Shown here: one piece after another, positions 51,300-63,918 of the stretch | How positions within the stretch are numbered: the stretch's first letter is position 1 | Layout of the letters: the number at the start of each line of letters is the position of its first letter | DNA from: Takakia lepidozioides | Taxonomy: Eukaryota; Plantae; Bryophyta | Direction of reading: 5' to 3' | Assembly (NCBI GenBank): GCA_030704615.1 | Contig: CM060732.1 | Location: 45,942,001-46,006,000 of the forward strand | DNA length: 64,000 nt | Position numbers and translations under genes: made by a program | Notes under the pieces: generated by a model | Told to the model about the DNA's origin: nothing | Database searches by the model: none | What the model saw: only the letters and a program-made list of their open reading frames with translations

Positions 51300-52897
51300 C
51301 AGCTCACAGCTCGAACTAACAAGATCCCATCAATGATAAGGATGTGGCTCTGCTCGGCCTCCCATCCCAATGTAGCTAGCAAAACACAACATTGGGTCTG
51401 TATCGCCGCCCATGCATCTGAAAATACCTTCACTGTCAATTCATCCCACACAAACAACTTGACCGATAACAGCCACCATATTGTCACAAACCCGACGGAA
51501 GTCTCTGGCCACATTCGACCCCAAAATCAACTATTTATGATTCTCCCCCACCCTTACTAGAACATATGAAATACATGATCTCTCACTAGCCAAACTTATT
51601 TGCATCCACCATTCTGTAACTTGTAATCCACACATACCCACCATTGTTTTCCCGTAATTGAATAATCTATCGAAACAACTATTTGGACCTACAACCAAAG
51701 TTTATACTCCAATCCTCACTCTCCCGCAATAACCTTGAATCGACCTGGACAAACCATGGAAAAAACGCCCCCAAGACCACTATGGGCCTCATCACACCCA
51801 CCATATGTCCTACCAATATTCCCAGACGTCCATCTCTTCCCCTTCAAATTTAAACCCTTAGAGTGTATCTATACCTGGATGGATCCTTGAAAGATGCACA
51901 TGCAGGCTAAGGAACTTATATTGTCAACACTAATACAAGAACATATAACCGCCTCCTAGGCCGCCAAAACATCATACATGCAGAACTCATGACCATCTAT
52001 GACACCTTAAAATCCCTTCCACACCAAACCCAAACAACTTATTATATCTTCACAGATAATCCAGTATCCCTCTACCTGCTCATAAACCAAAACATGAAAC
52101 TTTCCTTAGAAATACACCATCCAGATCTCAATCTCATAATATCAATCGTCGATATTGTGTCATCCTCTTCCATACACATACACATACATAAAGTCCGCTT
52201 CCATGCATGTATCACAGGTAATGAAGTGGGAGATAAGCTAGCACAACTCGGAGCCATACAACCTATTTCATACCCCTCGAATGACCCAATACACACAACA
52301 CATACTCACCCTTTCTGTGCTGTCATCTATGAAATCTTGATTCCCAGACATAGCTCCCATACGAGACCTACACACGTTTATCACAGGAGAAACCAATGAG
52401 CAAATTTAAGCCTCTCATACCTATACAAATTTATACGTATATCTTCTCCCCCATTTTCTACATAGCCTGTCAAACCATTTTTGGACAATTAACATCATAA
52501 CAGTTGCACAAATTAGACAAACACTCATGTTTTGATATGGACAATACATGGACAATGAAAGACGTAATTTATTCTGGCCTATACTATATCCCAACAAATA
52601 TGCATGATGCGTTGTGCCCAACCTCCCCAAATAGAGACATGGCCGTACCTTCCCGTACATTGCAAACACCTGATAGTACATGGTTTTCAAATAGCCGGAC
52701 ACAATCAATGAGTTTGATACCTCCAAAATATTCTCATATCACACCATATATCGAGATGGTTCAACCTCATCAATGCTGGCACATTCCAAGGTAGACCACC
52801 GGACCATTTGATCCCCCTTTACTATTCCCATGCATATGCCTCACAAACCCTTGTCACTGCCTATTGTCACGATTCTTTCCGGACACATACCACTTGG
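51300..52897 (+). mobile_element. Dualen/RandI-like LINE, RNase H and zinc-finger region (left of the LTR insertion)
   Basis: LDGSL...AELMTI...IFTDN...IHKVRFH..ITGNEVGDKLA (RNase H). Degenerate C-rich downstream coding. Confidence 0.7.
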
Positions 52898-52901
52898 ACC
52901 A

Positions 52902-53471
52902 CGTCACGAACATAGCCTAGAGAAACTTACCAGGGGTAAATACCAGAAGTTACCAAGTTATCAAGTTATCAAAGTTACCGTGATCTATCATGATTTACCA
53001 TGATTTATTATAAGTTATCATTAGTTACCGGGAATTTATCAAATTACCGAGAGTAACTTGGGAAACTGCTCAGGAAGCTTCCTCTGGAGGAAACTTCTCC
53101 ATCAAGAAACCTCTTTTGGGGAAGCCTCTTAGGGAACCTCCTAGTAGCCAGTATATATAGGAGGCGAGACTGGACACTCTTCAGTCTCGCCAACACAAGT
53201 TCAAGCTACTCTTGTTCCCAGTCCCAGTACTCCAGTCCAGCTTCCAGTACTCTACCCCAATTTCCAGTATCTGGTACCCCAGTCCAGTTTCCAGCATTCC
53301 AGCATTCGAGTCAAGTTCCAATATCTTGTACTCTTGTCCATTGTTATAAAGATCATCTTGATTCATGTTTAACCATTATGCATTCAGCCACACTGACCTT
53401 GACTTCTTGTCTAGTCTTGTACCTCTAGTCTGATATCTTGTCTGTGTTCAGTCATGTTTTCGTGCTTGACA
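52902..53471 (+). repeat. 5' LTR
   Basis: Direct repeat of 58082-58733; TATA-like gtatatatag at 53151-53160. Confidence 0.9.
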
Positions 53472-56400
53472 GTTTGGCGAGACTAAAGTTTGTTCCTTAG
53501 TTAAGATGGAAGACACATTTGCGAAAATGGTCGCCACATTACAGAGTCTTCAGCTCCAGATGCAAGAATTTCGTACCTTTACCGCCCAATTACAAGCTGA
53601 TCAGTCCAAGATCTTGACAACGCTCTCCACAATTTGCAACAACAAATTTCAGAGTTAAAAGAGTCAAACAATGGATCTTCAACCATACGAGTCTCTACTG
53701 CAACAGCTCCCACTGCAACAGTTCATCTTCAACAGATTACGAGAGAACCAAAGATCAGTATGCCCGAGAAATTTGATGAGACAAGATCAAGATTTTGTGG
53801 TTTTGTTCAACAAATATACTGTTCCTACGACTACATCCACAACGCTACCCCGATGAAGGTATTCAAGTGGGATTCGTAGGCACCCTTCTATCAGGCACTG
53901 CCTTATCTTGGTTTGCATAGCTATTAGAAAAAAATTCGCATTTACTATACAATTTTGAAGCATTCATGTCCGAGTTCACTGCAACGTTTAGAGAAAATGA
54001 TAGGGAGAGAGTTGCAGAGACAAAGATGCAAAATCTTCGACAAGAAATACGTCATGCTTCCGTTTATGCTGCTGAATTTCGACAACTTGCATGCGACCTC
54101 GACTGGAATGAGAAGAGCCTCATTAGTCAGTTTCGATGTGGGCTAAAAGAGGATGTAAGAGATTTGTTGCTGACAATGCCAAACGTGAGCACACTAAGCG
54201 AATTCATCATCTAAGCCATTGCATGTGATAATCGTTTGTTCGAAATACGTCAAGAGAAGCAATCTGGATGGTCGACGACGCATCATGCCGCTGCTACTAC
54301 AACACCAAACACAACGATCCATCAGACATCCGGTAGTGATCCTATGCAGATTGATGCTGTCCGATTCAAGCCATTGACGTCACAAGAAAAACAAAGACGG
54401 CGCTCGAATGGATTATGCCTCTATTGTGGAGAAGAAGATCACATAGCATTAAACTGCCCCAACAAGAGAAGATTCAAAGCTCGGGGCGCAACTCAAGTAT
54501 TCGATACGAGGAGATCGAAAAACGAAGCTGTCCAGTCACAGTAGGGACCATACGGCTGGACACCAGAAATTCCTCACAAAAAAAAAGTTTATTTCTACCT
54601 CCAGACCCTGCACCTTGCTTCACAGTTCCGGTAAAAATCAGAGTGCAAAATCGAGATATTTCCGTAGAAGCACTTTTGGACCCAAGGGCTTCAACATGTT
54701 TTATTGACAAAAACTTTGTAAAGCAACACAATTTAACGCTCGTAAAGAAGAAACTCTCGGTCCCCGTTGAAGTCATCGATGAACGACCGTTAGCATCAGA
54801 AAATGTTGACCATGAAACTCGACCACTTGAAGTGAAGCTTGAAGATCAAACATCACATTTCAACATCATCCAGTCTCCAACGAATCCTGTGATCCTTGGA
54901 CTTCCCTGGTTCATACTTCACAATCCTGACATCGACTAGCGATCACGAAAATTTTCTACAGGACAAAAATGTAGAAATATCAAAGGTATTCAACCCCTGT
55001 TCTTTGGAGCTAGAGCTTTCATGAGAGCTACCAAAAATGATGCGACATTTGCACTTTATGCGACTCCGATCAAGACCACAACAGACAAAGGTATTTTGAT
55101 ATCAATTGAGTTACAAGAAGGAGCCCAACCACCATTCAGCCCAATCTATAACTTATCCCAGACGGAGTTGACTGCATTACGTGAGTACATTGATGAAAAT
55201 TTGTCGAAGAACTTCATCCGACATTCAAAATCACCTTCGGGGGCGTCTATCTTGTTTGTGAAAAAAAATGACGGATCATTATGCATGTGTGTGGACTAGC
55301 ACAGTCTCAACAAAGTCACAATGATTTGTGGGCTTCTCGACCAACTGGGACGAGCGAAGATTTTCACCAAAATTAACTGGAGATGAGCTTATAACCTTGT
55401 ACGGATAAAAGAAGGAGACGAATGGAAAACAATTTTTTGAACAAGGTATGGACATTTTGAATACAGTGTTATGCTTTTCGGTCGTACAAATGCTCCAGCA
55501 ATTTTCCAACACATGATGAATAACATCTTTCGAAAAATTTTAGATGACTTTGTAGTCATCTATTTGGACGACATTTTGATATTTTCACATAATGAAGAAG
55601 AATATGGCCGCTATGTACGCCTTGTCCTTGACAAATTAAGAGAAAGAGGATTATATGCCAAGTTGAAAAAATGTTTTTTCCATCAATCTAAGGTCGAATT
55701 TCTGGGCTACATTATTTCCGACAAATGCATCTTTATGGATAAAAAAAAAATACAAACTGTCATCGAGTGGATTAAACCAACTTCGGTCCGAGATGTACAA
55801 TGTTTTCTGGGATTTGCAAATTTCTGTAGAATCTTCATCAACTACTCCAAAATTGCTGCACCATTGACACGACTAACAGGGAATGACAAATTTGTATATG
55901 ACGAGAAGGCTGACCAAACATTTGAAAGGTTGAAGCAGACATTTACAACGGCTCCAATACTGGTACATGCAGACCTATCTAAACCATTCTTTTTGGAAGC
56001 AGATGCATCGGATTTTGCACTTGGCCTAGTACTCTCTCAATACGGTAGAGATGACCGACTCCACCCTGTTGGTTTTCGTTCTCACAAATTTTCTGCTACG
56101 GAGATCAATTATGAAATCCATGACAAATAACTTCTAGCGATTATCGATGCTTTTGAGGAGTGGCGTCATCTATTGGAGGGAGCTAAACATTAGGTCACAG
56201 TCTATACCGATCACAAAAACCTCGAATATTTTATGAGTGCTCGTGTTTTGAATTGACGTCAAGCGAGATGGAATATGTCACTAGCAAGGTTTGATTTTGT
56301 TATTACCTACCGTTCCGGACATCTTCAAGGAAAATCAGATGCTCTTTCTCGACGATCGTATCTTGCGCCAAAAGAAAATGATGCAGTTTTTGACCAACAG

Positions 56401-58081
56401 AAATCCATCATCTTGAAACCAGCAAATCTCCAATTGAATATGTTATCCATGTCCACCTATGACGATGCAGAGATCATAAAGGAGATTCAAGAAACACTGA
56501 AGAGCGACCAATTTGCTACGACACTACGAAGTCAACTAAATCGACCTCGAAACAACCCACATGTTATATACGACTTCGAATTCAAAGATGACTTACTTTA
56601 TTTCAAGGGACTTCTCTATATACCTCCAGAATCTACACGACTGCGAATTCTTCAAACATATCATGATCTTTCGGCTGCAGGACATTTCGGCTTCAACAAA
56701 ACAATGGAATTGATATTCAGGGACTATTGGTGGCCGCAGATGTGGAAACTCGTGAAAGAATTTATAAGATCTTGCGATACGTGTGCTAGAGCGAAGAGAC
56801 CACGACATCGATCTTACGGTCTTCTTCAACCATTACCTATTCTCAATGGTCCATGGTTGTCCGTGTCTATGGACTTTATTACGGACCTTCTAATTTCCAA
56901 GACCACCGATTCAATCCTTGTTATTGTAGATCGTTTTACAAATATGACACATTTCATTCCATGTAATAAGACGGTTACCGGCGAGGAAACTGCAAGACTC
57001 TTCCTGAATAATATCTACCGAATTCATGAACTCCCGAAGGATATCGTATCTGATCGAGGACCACAGTTCATATCAAATTTCTGGAAGGGATTATTTCATA
57101 TATTGGATACTAAGATCAACCTCTCTACAGCTAATCATCCACAGACTGATGGTCAAACCGAACGCGTAAACCAGATTTTGGAGTAGTATCTTCGTTGTAC
57201 GATAAATTATCACCAAGATAATTGGACGGACCTTATGTCATTGGCTGAGTTTGCCTACAACAACACTACACATTCTTCGACCAAGCAAACTCTATTTTTC
57301 TCCAATTATGGTCATCATCCTCAAGCAAACCCTTTCCACATGAAGACTGTTGGAAGCCCTGCTGAAGAAAACCTTGCTACTCATCTTGCTACGATTCACA
57401 AGGAGCTTACATTCTACCTCGCAGAAGCTCAAAAACAATACAAGGAGTATGCAGATCAACATCGCCAAGTCCAACCCCAGTTCAAGGTCGGAGATCGTGT
57501 GTGGCTTCTTCGACGGGACATACAAACCTCGCGTCCCTCAACGAAGTTGGATTATCAACGTCTGGGACCTTTCAAAATTATTCGACAAATAAATCCGGTC
57601 AGTTTTCGGCTCGAACTCCCACGAAGTATGTGCATCCATCCAGCCTTTCATGTTTCATTATTGGAGTTATATCATCCATCAAATATTCCAGGGAGAGTTT
57701 CCGTACCACATCCAACAATCGAAGTCAATCAGGAAATCGAATATGAAGTTGACGAAGTCCTAGACTCTCGTATCAAGTATAAATGTCTTGAGTATTTCGT
57801 ACATTGGAAATGCTACGACATCAGCAAACGAACGTGGGAACCTTCATCCAACCTTGCCAATGCATCTGACAAAATTCAAGAGTTTCATCAACGATATCTA
57901 GCTAAGCCCCGAGCTACACGTCAATAAGACGTCACAACGATGATGTCAGCCAAGTTAGCTTCAAGGTGAAGACTCCACATTCAGTGTATCTGATACACAC
58001 TAAGGAAGGAGGTTCTCCACCTCTAAGCAAGTCCAAGATTTTACCGCTCCTCGAGGAACTCGGCGCTAGAAGAGGGGATGA

Positions 58082-58733
58082 TGTCACGGACATAGCCTAG
58101 AGAAACTTACCAGGAGTAAATACCAGAAGTTACCAAATTATCATGTTACCAAAAGTTACCATGATTTACCATGATTTATCATAAGTTACCATTAATTACC
58201 GGGAGTTTACCAAATTACCGAGAGTAATTTGAGAAACTGCTCAGGAAACTTCTTTTGGAAGAAACTTCTCCATCAAGATACCTCTTTTGTTTAAAAAAAC
58301 TTCTCCATCAAAGATACCTTCTTTGTTTAAGGAAACTTCTCCATCAAGAAACCTCTTTTGGGGAAGCCTCTTAGGGAACCTCCTAGTAGCCAGTATATAT
58401 AGGAGGCGAGACTGGACACTCTTCAGTCTTGCCAACACAAATTCAAGCTACTCTTGTTCCCAGTCCCAGTACTCCAGTCCAACTTCCAATACTCTACCCC
58501 AGTTTCCAGTACGCTAGCCCAGTTTCCAGTATCTGGTACCCCAGTCCAGTTTCCAGCATTCCAGCATTCGAGCCGAGTTCCAGTATCTTGTACTCTTGTC
58601 CATTGTTATAAAGATCATCTTGATTCATGTTTAACCATTATGTATTCGGCCACGCCGACCTGGACTTCTTGTCTAGTCTTGTACCTCTAGTCTGATATCT
58701 TGTTTGTGTTCAGTCATGTTCTCGTCCTTGACA
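58082..58733 (+). repeat. 3' LTR
   Basis: TG...CA termini; longer than the 5' LTR because of extra short internal tandem copies (aaacttctccatcaaga...). Confidence 0.9.
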
Positions 58734-58738
58734 ACCAC

Positions 58739-59260
58739 CAAAGGACTCCCGATCTCCTTTACTACATCAATAGGTCCATGCCCCTCCCTCACCATCCATA
58801 TAATTGAATTTACTTCCGCCATGTCCGTTTATACCCACTGCCCAGATCAATCAATTCTTAATAAACATAAGAAATATTACAAACCACTAGTTTTAGCCCT
58901 CTGACAACATGCATGAAATACTACCCCACTGGTTATTATTACTGCTATTATTATTGCAGGTGTGAAAGGTGACGCTCATAGCCATAATATCAACATCCTA
59001 AATCAAAACTTAAAACCCCTCATACCCCCACTACTTAACTCCTCGAAACCCTACATTTTACGCCTATTAGATGGCTTACACCCCTCATCCTCTTGATAAA
59101 CATAAGATTGAAAGTGGTTAGCTTGTCACGTCGTAGGGCAGTTGTACTTTGATAAAGCCCACCCCAGTACCGCAAGGGGAAGAGGCTCTTATCTAGCCTA
59201 ACTTCGGTTGGCATGATATACATCGGATGGATTCATAGAGCCCAACTCCGACAAGGGGTT
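58739..59260 (+). mobile_element. Dualen/RandI-like LINE 3' end (restriction-like endonuclease and 3' UTR)
   Basis: IHIIEFT...DQSILNKHKKYYKPLVLAL...LVIITA..GVKG...LHFTPIRWLTPLILLINIRLKV; resumes directly after the 3' LTR. Confidence 0.7.
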
Positions 59261-61379
59261 ATACTTGCTTGTTAGGAGGAGCAACTCTTATTTATACTGG
59301 CCTGAGCCAGTCTTCTTTCCTCTTTGATGGATTCGACCTCTAAGTTTTTAATTATACCCAAGTGTTTATTGCGATTGACAACATCAAAGGTGTAGATATA
59401 CTCAATGATTATGTCTATTGAAGCCATGACGACATTTTATATTTTTTGAACTCAATTATTATCATCATGCATGAAAGAATCTACAACATGGTTCCGTAAA
59501 TCAACCTATTTGGTGATGTAAGGAAAAAAAAACCCCTTGGGATATTCAGCTTTGAAAAGTCTAGTCTAACCCAAACATAAATGAAGAACAAAGATGCAAC
59601 AATCTTTCCCATGGGGAGCTTGACCATAAAAAATTCCAAGGTACAAAGTTTGCTAATGCTTACATCATCAAACTCACTTCACAACATTCTATTTTCGCTC
59701 AATCATTTGTCTAACTATGTTTCACTCACATTTGACTTGAATTCGTGGAGCTCAATTCTAGACTTGGATACATTCAAATCCTTTAGACATCAAATGCATG
59801 AAGCTCACATGTGTTTTAAATACTAAAAAATGATCACTTTTTAGTACGGTTTTGGTCTCACATGGCTATTAGGTAGTGGGCCCTAAGCTACTATGGCATC
59901 TGCTAGCTAGTTGTCTTGTGAAGAAATCAAGTGACGGCCGCGTATAAATGCTAACAAACTATTGTGCAAAAATGCTTTTATTTCCCAGCTTGAATTTTTT
60001 TTGCCCTATTTATGTCTCTCCTCTTCCCCGGGTAGGAGAAAACATGTTCTAGCGCAACAAGGAAAAAGCGCGTGGGCCCTGGGGAGAAGGTGGTGGTAGA
60101 TGGTTGGTAGCAGCTGTATGGTATTGAATATATCATCAAGATTTAACAACATGGATGAGTATGGTGTTAAATGTCAGTAAAGCCCTACATAATTTTTAGT
60201 GGCTGCTAGAGGCCTACTAACTAACTATGTTTATAACTCGTAGGTATGGCCGACGATGAGATAAAATATGCGCATGTTCACGCAAGCACAATGAATATTT
60301 GATAATTCTTAGAATATATTGTGAAGATACTATGGCAAAACAAGAATGTGCTCATGCCAAAACAATTGTGATACTATTCAAAATGTCTCATAGCGTGAGC
60401 ACGTTATTGGATTTTTTGAAATTCTAACTAGATTCTTGAAGTTTCGTTAGAGAAATCTAGGTTTTAAGGGTACATTTGAACGTCATTATCTCGGATTATT
60501 TAGTTTCTCTGGTGAAACCCAAGTTTTACCTTATTATATATTATATATATATAATTAACTATTTCATATTTGTTGGTATTGAGTGGTCTTTATTGGATGG
60601 CTAAATGCTATCTTCTATGATATTATTAAGTTATTTTTATATAGCTATAATAATAATAATAATAATTTGGTATCGTTTGAGGATTTTAATTTGTTTTCTT
60701 TCACTTGGTTATTCTTTAGAAGAATAACAAATTTATTCTAGGTAAGAAGAGAATTATATTTATCATAGAATTTATAGATATATAATAACCAAGCCTACTT
60801 GCGGGTTTGAATTCCATGTCTGTCTTATATATTCTATTTCTGTGGAAACATTGACTCTACTATCCTGTTTTGGTGCTCATGCCTCCATTTTTCTATGTAT
60901 AGGGAAGGGCTTTCAAGACTGCATCGCGCCAGCCTATGCTGACACCTCAGGCAAGGCCGAAAGGCAGGCTTGGCTGGGCACCTCACACAGGACGACCTAG
61001 GCCAGCCTGGCGGAGCCTATTATGTCACATAAGTGTCCTAAAAAAAACAAAGGGAGAAATCCATAGGTCTTTACATCTTTACTCTTTGCTCTTTACGCTC
61101 ATATGTGTAGTATGCACATGTGTGCTCACGGTCTACCAACGCTCATGGCCGCAATCCACAACTAAGGGTTGCTAACCAGCTTTAGTAGCCAACTCTTAAG
61201 TCTTTCAAAACCCACAACAAAATTGACATTTTTGGGAGTAGGGTAGGAGGATAATTGAAATATCCACCTGGGCCACACCAAAAGTGACACTTGCATGGAG
61301 AATCATGATAAGTAAGACCCAATGCACAAACAGAAAATTATAGTTGATATAACCTTTGATTATCATTTTTGTTTTTCTT

Positions 61380-61850
61380 CAACAATACCGAGAGGTTCAT
61401 GCCCCGACTTCACTATCTATACCACCAAATTTACATTCTGCCACGGCCATGGACCAGACCAAGCAATTCTTAACAAAAATGGAAAAATATGAACCAATTA
61501 GTTTAGCCCTTCCTCATGGATGACACAATGCCCAATTAACTATTATTACTGCGGGAGCAGCGGTGGTGCCCATAGTCACAATATTGATATTCTAGAAACA
61601 AAACCTAAGACTGTCGCTCGCCTCTATCACTAGTTTATTTGATACCGTACATTTGCTTGCTATCCGATCACTTACAATTCTTATCCTCAACAAACTCAAG
61701 ATTGAAAGTGGCCAATTGGTCGATCTTGTTTGATAGAGCCCATCCCGGAACCACGAAGGAAACAAGATTTTTTTTTTAATAAATTTTAATAAAATTACTG
61801 AAAGGGTCTGGAAGACTCTTATCTATGCTAACTTCAGTTGGCATCATCTC
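61380..61850 (+). mobile_element. Second Dualen/RandI-like 3' fragment
   Basis: KFTFCHG..PDQAILNK.EKYEPISLAL...LTIITAGA...HLLAIRSLTILILNKLKIES. 3' UTR matches 59150-59215. Confidence 0.65.
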
Positions 61851-62860
61851 CACTTTCTCTTTTTATTTTTATTTTTGCTTAAAGGTGCATATAGTCCGAA
61901 AATCAAATTAAAAAGCCAAAAAAAATGTCACTGACAACCTTGGAGGTTATAGGTACTTTTCATTTCTTCAAAAAATCTAATGGGAAAGAGCCCTCTAAAT
62001 CATACTACTTTGCTATGCACCTCTGCTCAGAATTCCCCCACGACGTTGACCATGTCAATGACAATCTCATACATGGAGTTCTCCATGATACCATCATGAC
62101 CTCACTATAGGATTTATAAATGGAATTGTTGTCCATGGGTTATATATATAGCCTTGGACATTGGTTACAAGATAATACTTGGGCAAGAGATCGAGCATAA
62201 TCGTGTTCCAAGGCAACTTCAGCAAATTTTAACTTATTTTCTGAACTTCATTGACCTAAGAAATATCATGTGGTTTCCACAAGTATTGGGCAGTTATTTG
62301 TTCTAATAACCGGCGGTAACTACCTATATATATATATACATGAGCATCAGGTGAAAAGATAAGTAACTGGTCTAGTAAGGAACCAGTGGAGGTTGTAGGA
62401 GGTTGGTAGCGCATGAGCACGTTGGCGTGAGCTTGCTTACTCGAGCAGATAGGCATATTCCATATATTCCCTAAAAATCCTAAAAATATGTCGTAGCGAA
62501 ACTAAACGGCACTCATGCAAAAAACATTACGCAATTATCCAAAATCTCATGAAAACCGTGCTCACGCGACAAAACCACAAAACTAATTGTGATTTTGTCG
62601 CACAAACAAGGCGGCGCCTTGTCTCTCTAGCAGCGGGAAACACCGCTGTGAATGCAGTGACATCTTCCCTCCTCTGGCTTTTAATTTTAGCATTGGCATT
62701 TGTGCTGGGAAGTCTCTCTCCCCCCCTTCTATTGCCTTGCGAGTTTGCCTGCTTTGCTTCATTGCTCATGTGCTTTGTGGAGCCGACTTGCCGTGGGTGG
62801 TGATGGCGCATAACCCTCTTCCCCAATCGCTTAAGGTGAGCATGGTTCTTTTCTATATGT

Positions 62861-63443
62861 TTAAAATGGAAGACAATAGGAATAATGTAAGAACTTAATG
62901 GACGCATGTGATCTGACGGTACTTTCGCCGGATTCCGGTAGACTGGGCTCCTCCGGCGGGGCCCCTGTCAAATCCTCCCCACCCACTCAGTTTCACTATT
63001 AAGTACTTTAGAATCCAAGTGAGTTGTAAGTTGTGGTGGGTAGCAAGATGGTAAGGTGATAGCCTTACAGCCGGCGAGGTTTATGGTTCGATTCTTGATG
63101 GGAGGCGCTTGTAATGTAACCCCGGTAGTGTAACCCTCTATAACCCTGGTTTCTCATGTAACTCTGAGTAGTCCATTTTAAACTTAACCAAATTTGGACT
63201 TGGTCAAATTTCGAGACCAAGTCTGAGTTACACCAAGAGGAGTTACACTCCATTCTGTGTAACCCCGGGTGGAGTTACACACCTCGTCGTGTAACCCCGA
63301 CTCGAGTTTACACTCCTTCAGTTCCATGTCACTCTCAAGAGAGGGTGGGGAAGATTTGACATGCCGGGAACCGGCGTACCATCCTGTCAGAGGTTGCACG
63401 TGTGCATTAAGTTCTTACATTATTCCTATTATCTTCCGTTTAA
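62861..63443. mobile_element. Long-TIR MITE (Mutator-like) containing a tRNA-like segment and gtaacc/gttacac repeats
   Basis: ttaaaatggaagacaataggaataatgtaagaacttaatg is mirrored by cattaagttcttacattattcctattatcttccgtttaaa; tgtcaaatcctcccaccc is mirrored by gggtggggaagatttgaca. Internal A box tagcaagatggt and B box ggttcgattc at ~63040-63094. Confidence 0.7.
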
Positions 63444-63579
63444 AATTATATTTGCACACCATGTAGACGCTATTAATGCATAAAGACCGTATGTCATTAT
63501 ATGTATTTTCGCTTGCATACATCGTCCCCATAATCGTGGATTCTGCTCACGCCGGGTTTTGTTTTTGCTCACACCGTTT

Positions 63580-63918
63580 TGTGCTCACGCCATACCAATC
63601 CCCGGTGGCAGTGGGCATCCAACTAACCGGCCAAAGAACCTTTAAAAGAACCGCCCAATGTGTGCTCACGCCATACCAATCCCCGGTGGCAGGGCATCCA
63701 ACTAACCGGCCAAAGAACCTTTAAAAGAACCGCCCAATGTGTGCTCACGCCACCAATCCCCGGTGGCAGTGCGCATCCAACTAACCGGCCAAAGAACCTT
63801 TAAAAGAACCGCCCAATGTGTGCTCACGCCACCAATCCCCGGTGGCAGTGCGCATCCAACTAACCGGCCAAAGAACCTTTAAAAGAACCGCCCAATGCTC
63901 GTCGGGTTTTTGCTAGTA
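63580..63918 (+). repeat. 79-81 bp tandem repeat (4 copies) ending in a Helitron-like CTAG|T terminus
   Basis: Units start at 63581, 63662, 63741 and 63820. The array ends gcccaatgctcgtcgggtttttgctag|t. Confidence 0.85.

Larger units (their letters stand above)
52902..58733 (+). mobile_element. Full-length degenerate Ty3/gypsy chromovirus (Tcn1-like)
   Basis: LTRs 52902-53471 and 58082-58733 (tgtcac...ttgaca); TSD acca(c); gag CLYCGEEDHIALNC; protease ALLDPRAS; RT YLDDILIFS; RNase H EADASDFALG; integrase HHCC/DDE; chromodomain EYEVDEVLDSR...WEP; PPT agaagagggga. Multiple stops. Confidence 0.95.

Noticed and set aside
53507-57927. Active or domesticated gag-pol gene
   Set aside because: Many in-frame stops and frameshifts and a mutated protease motif (DPRA).
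63580-63900. CRISPR array
   Set aside because: Units are near-identical along their full length with no unique spacers.
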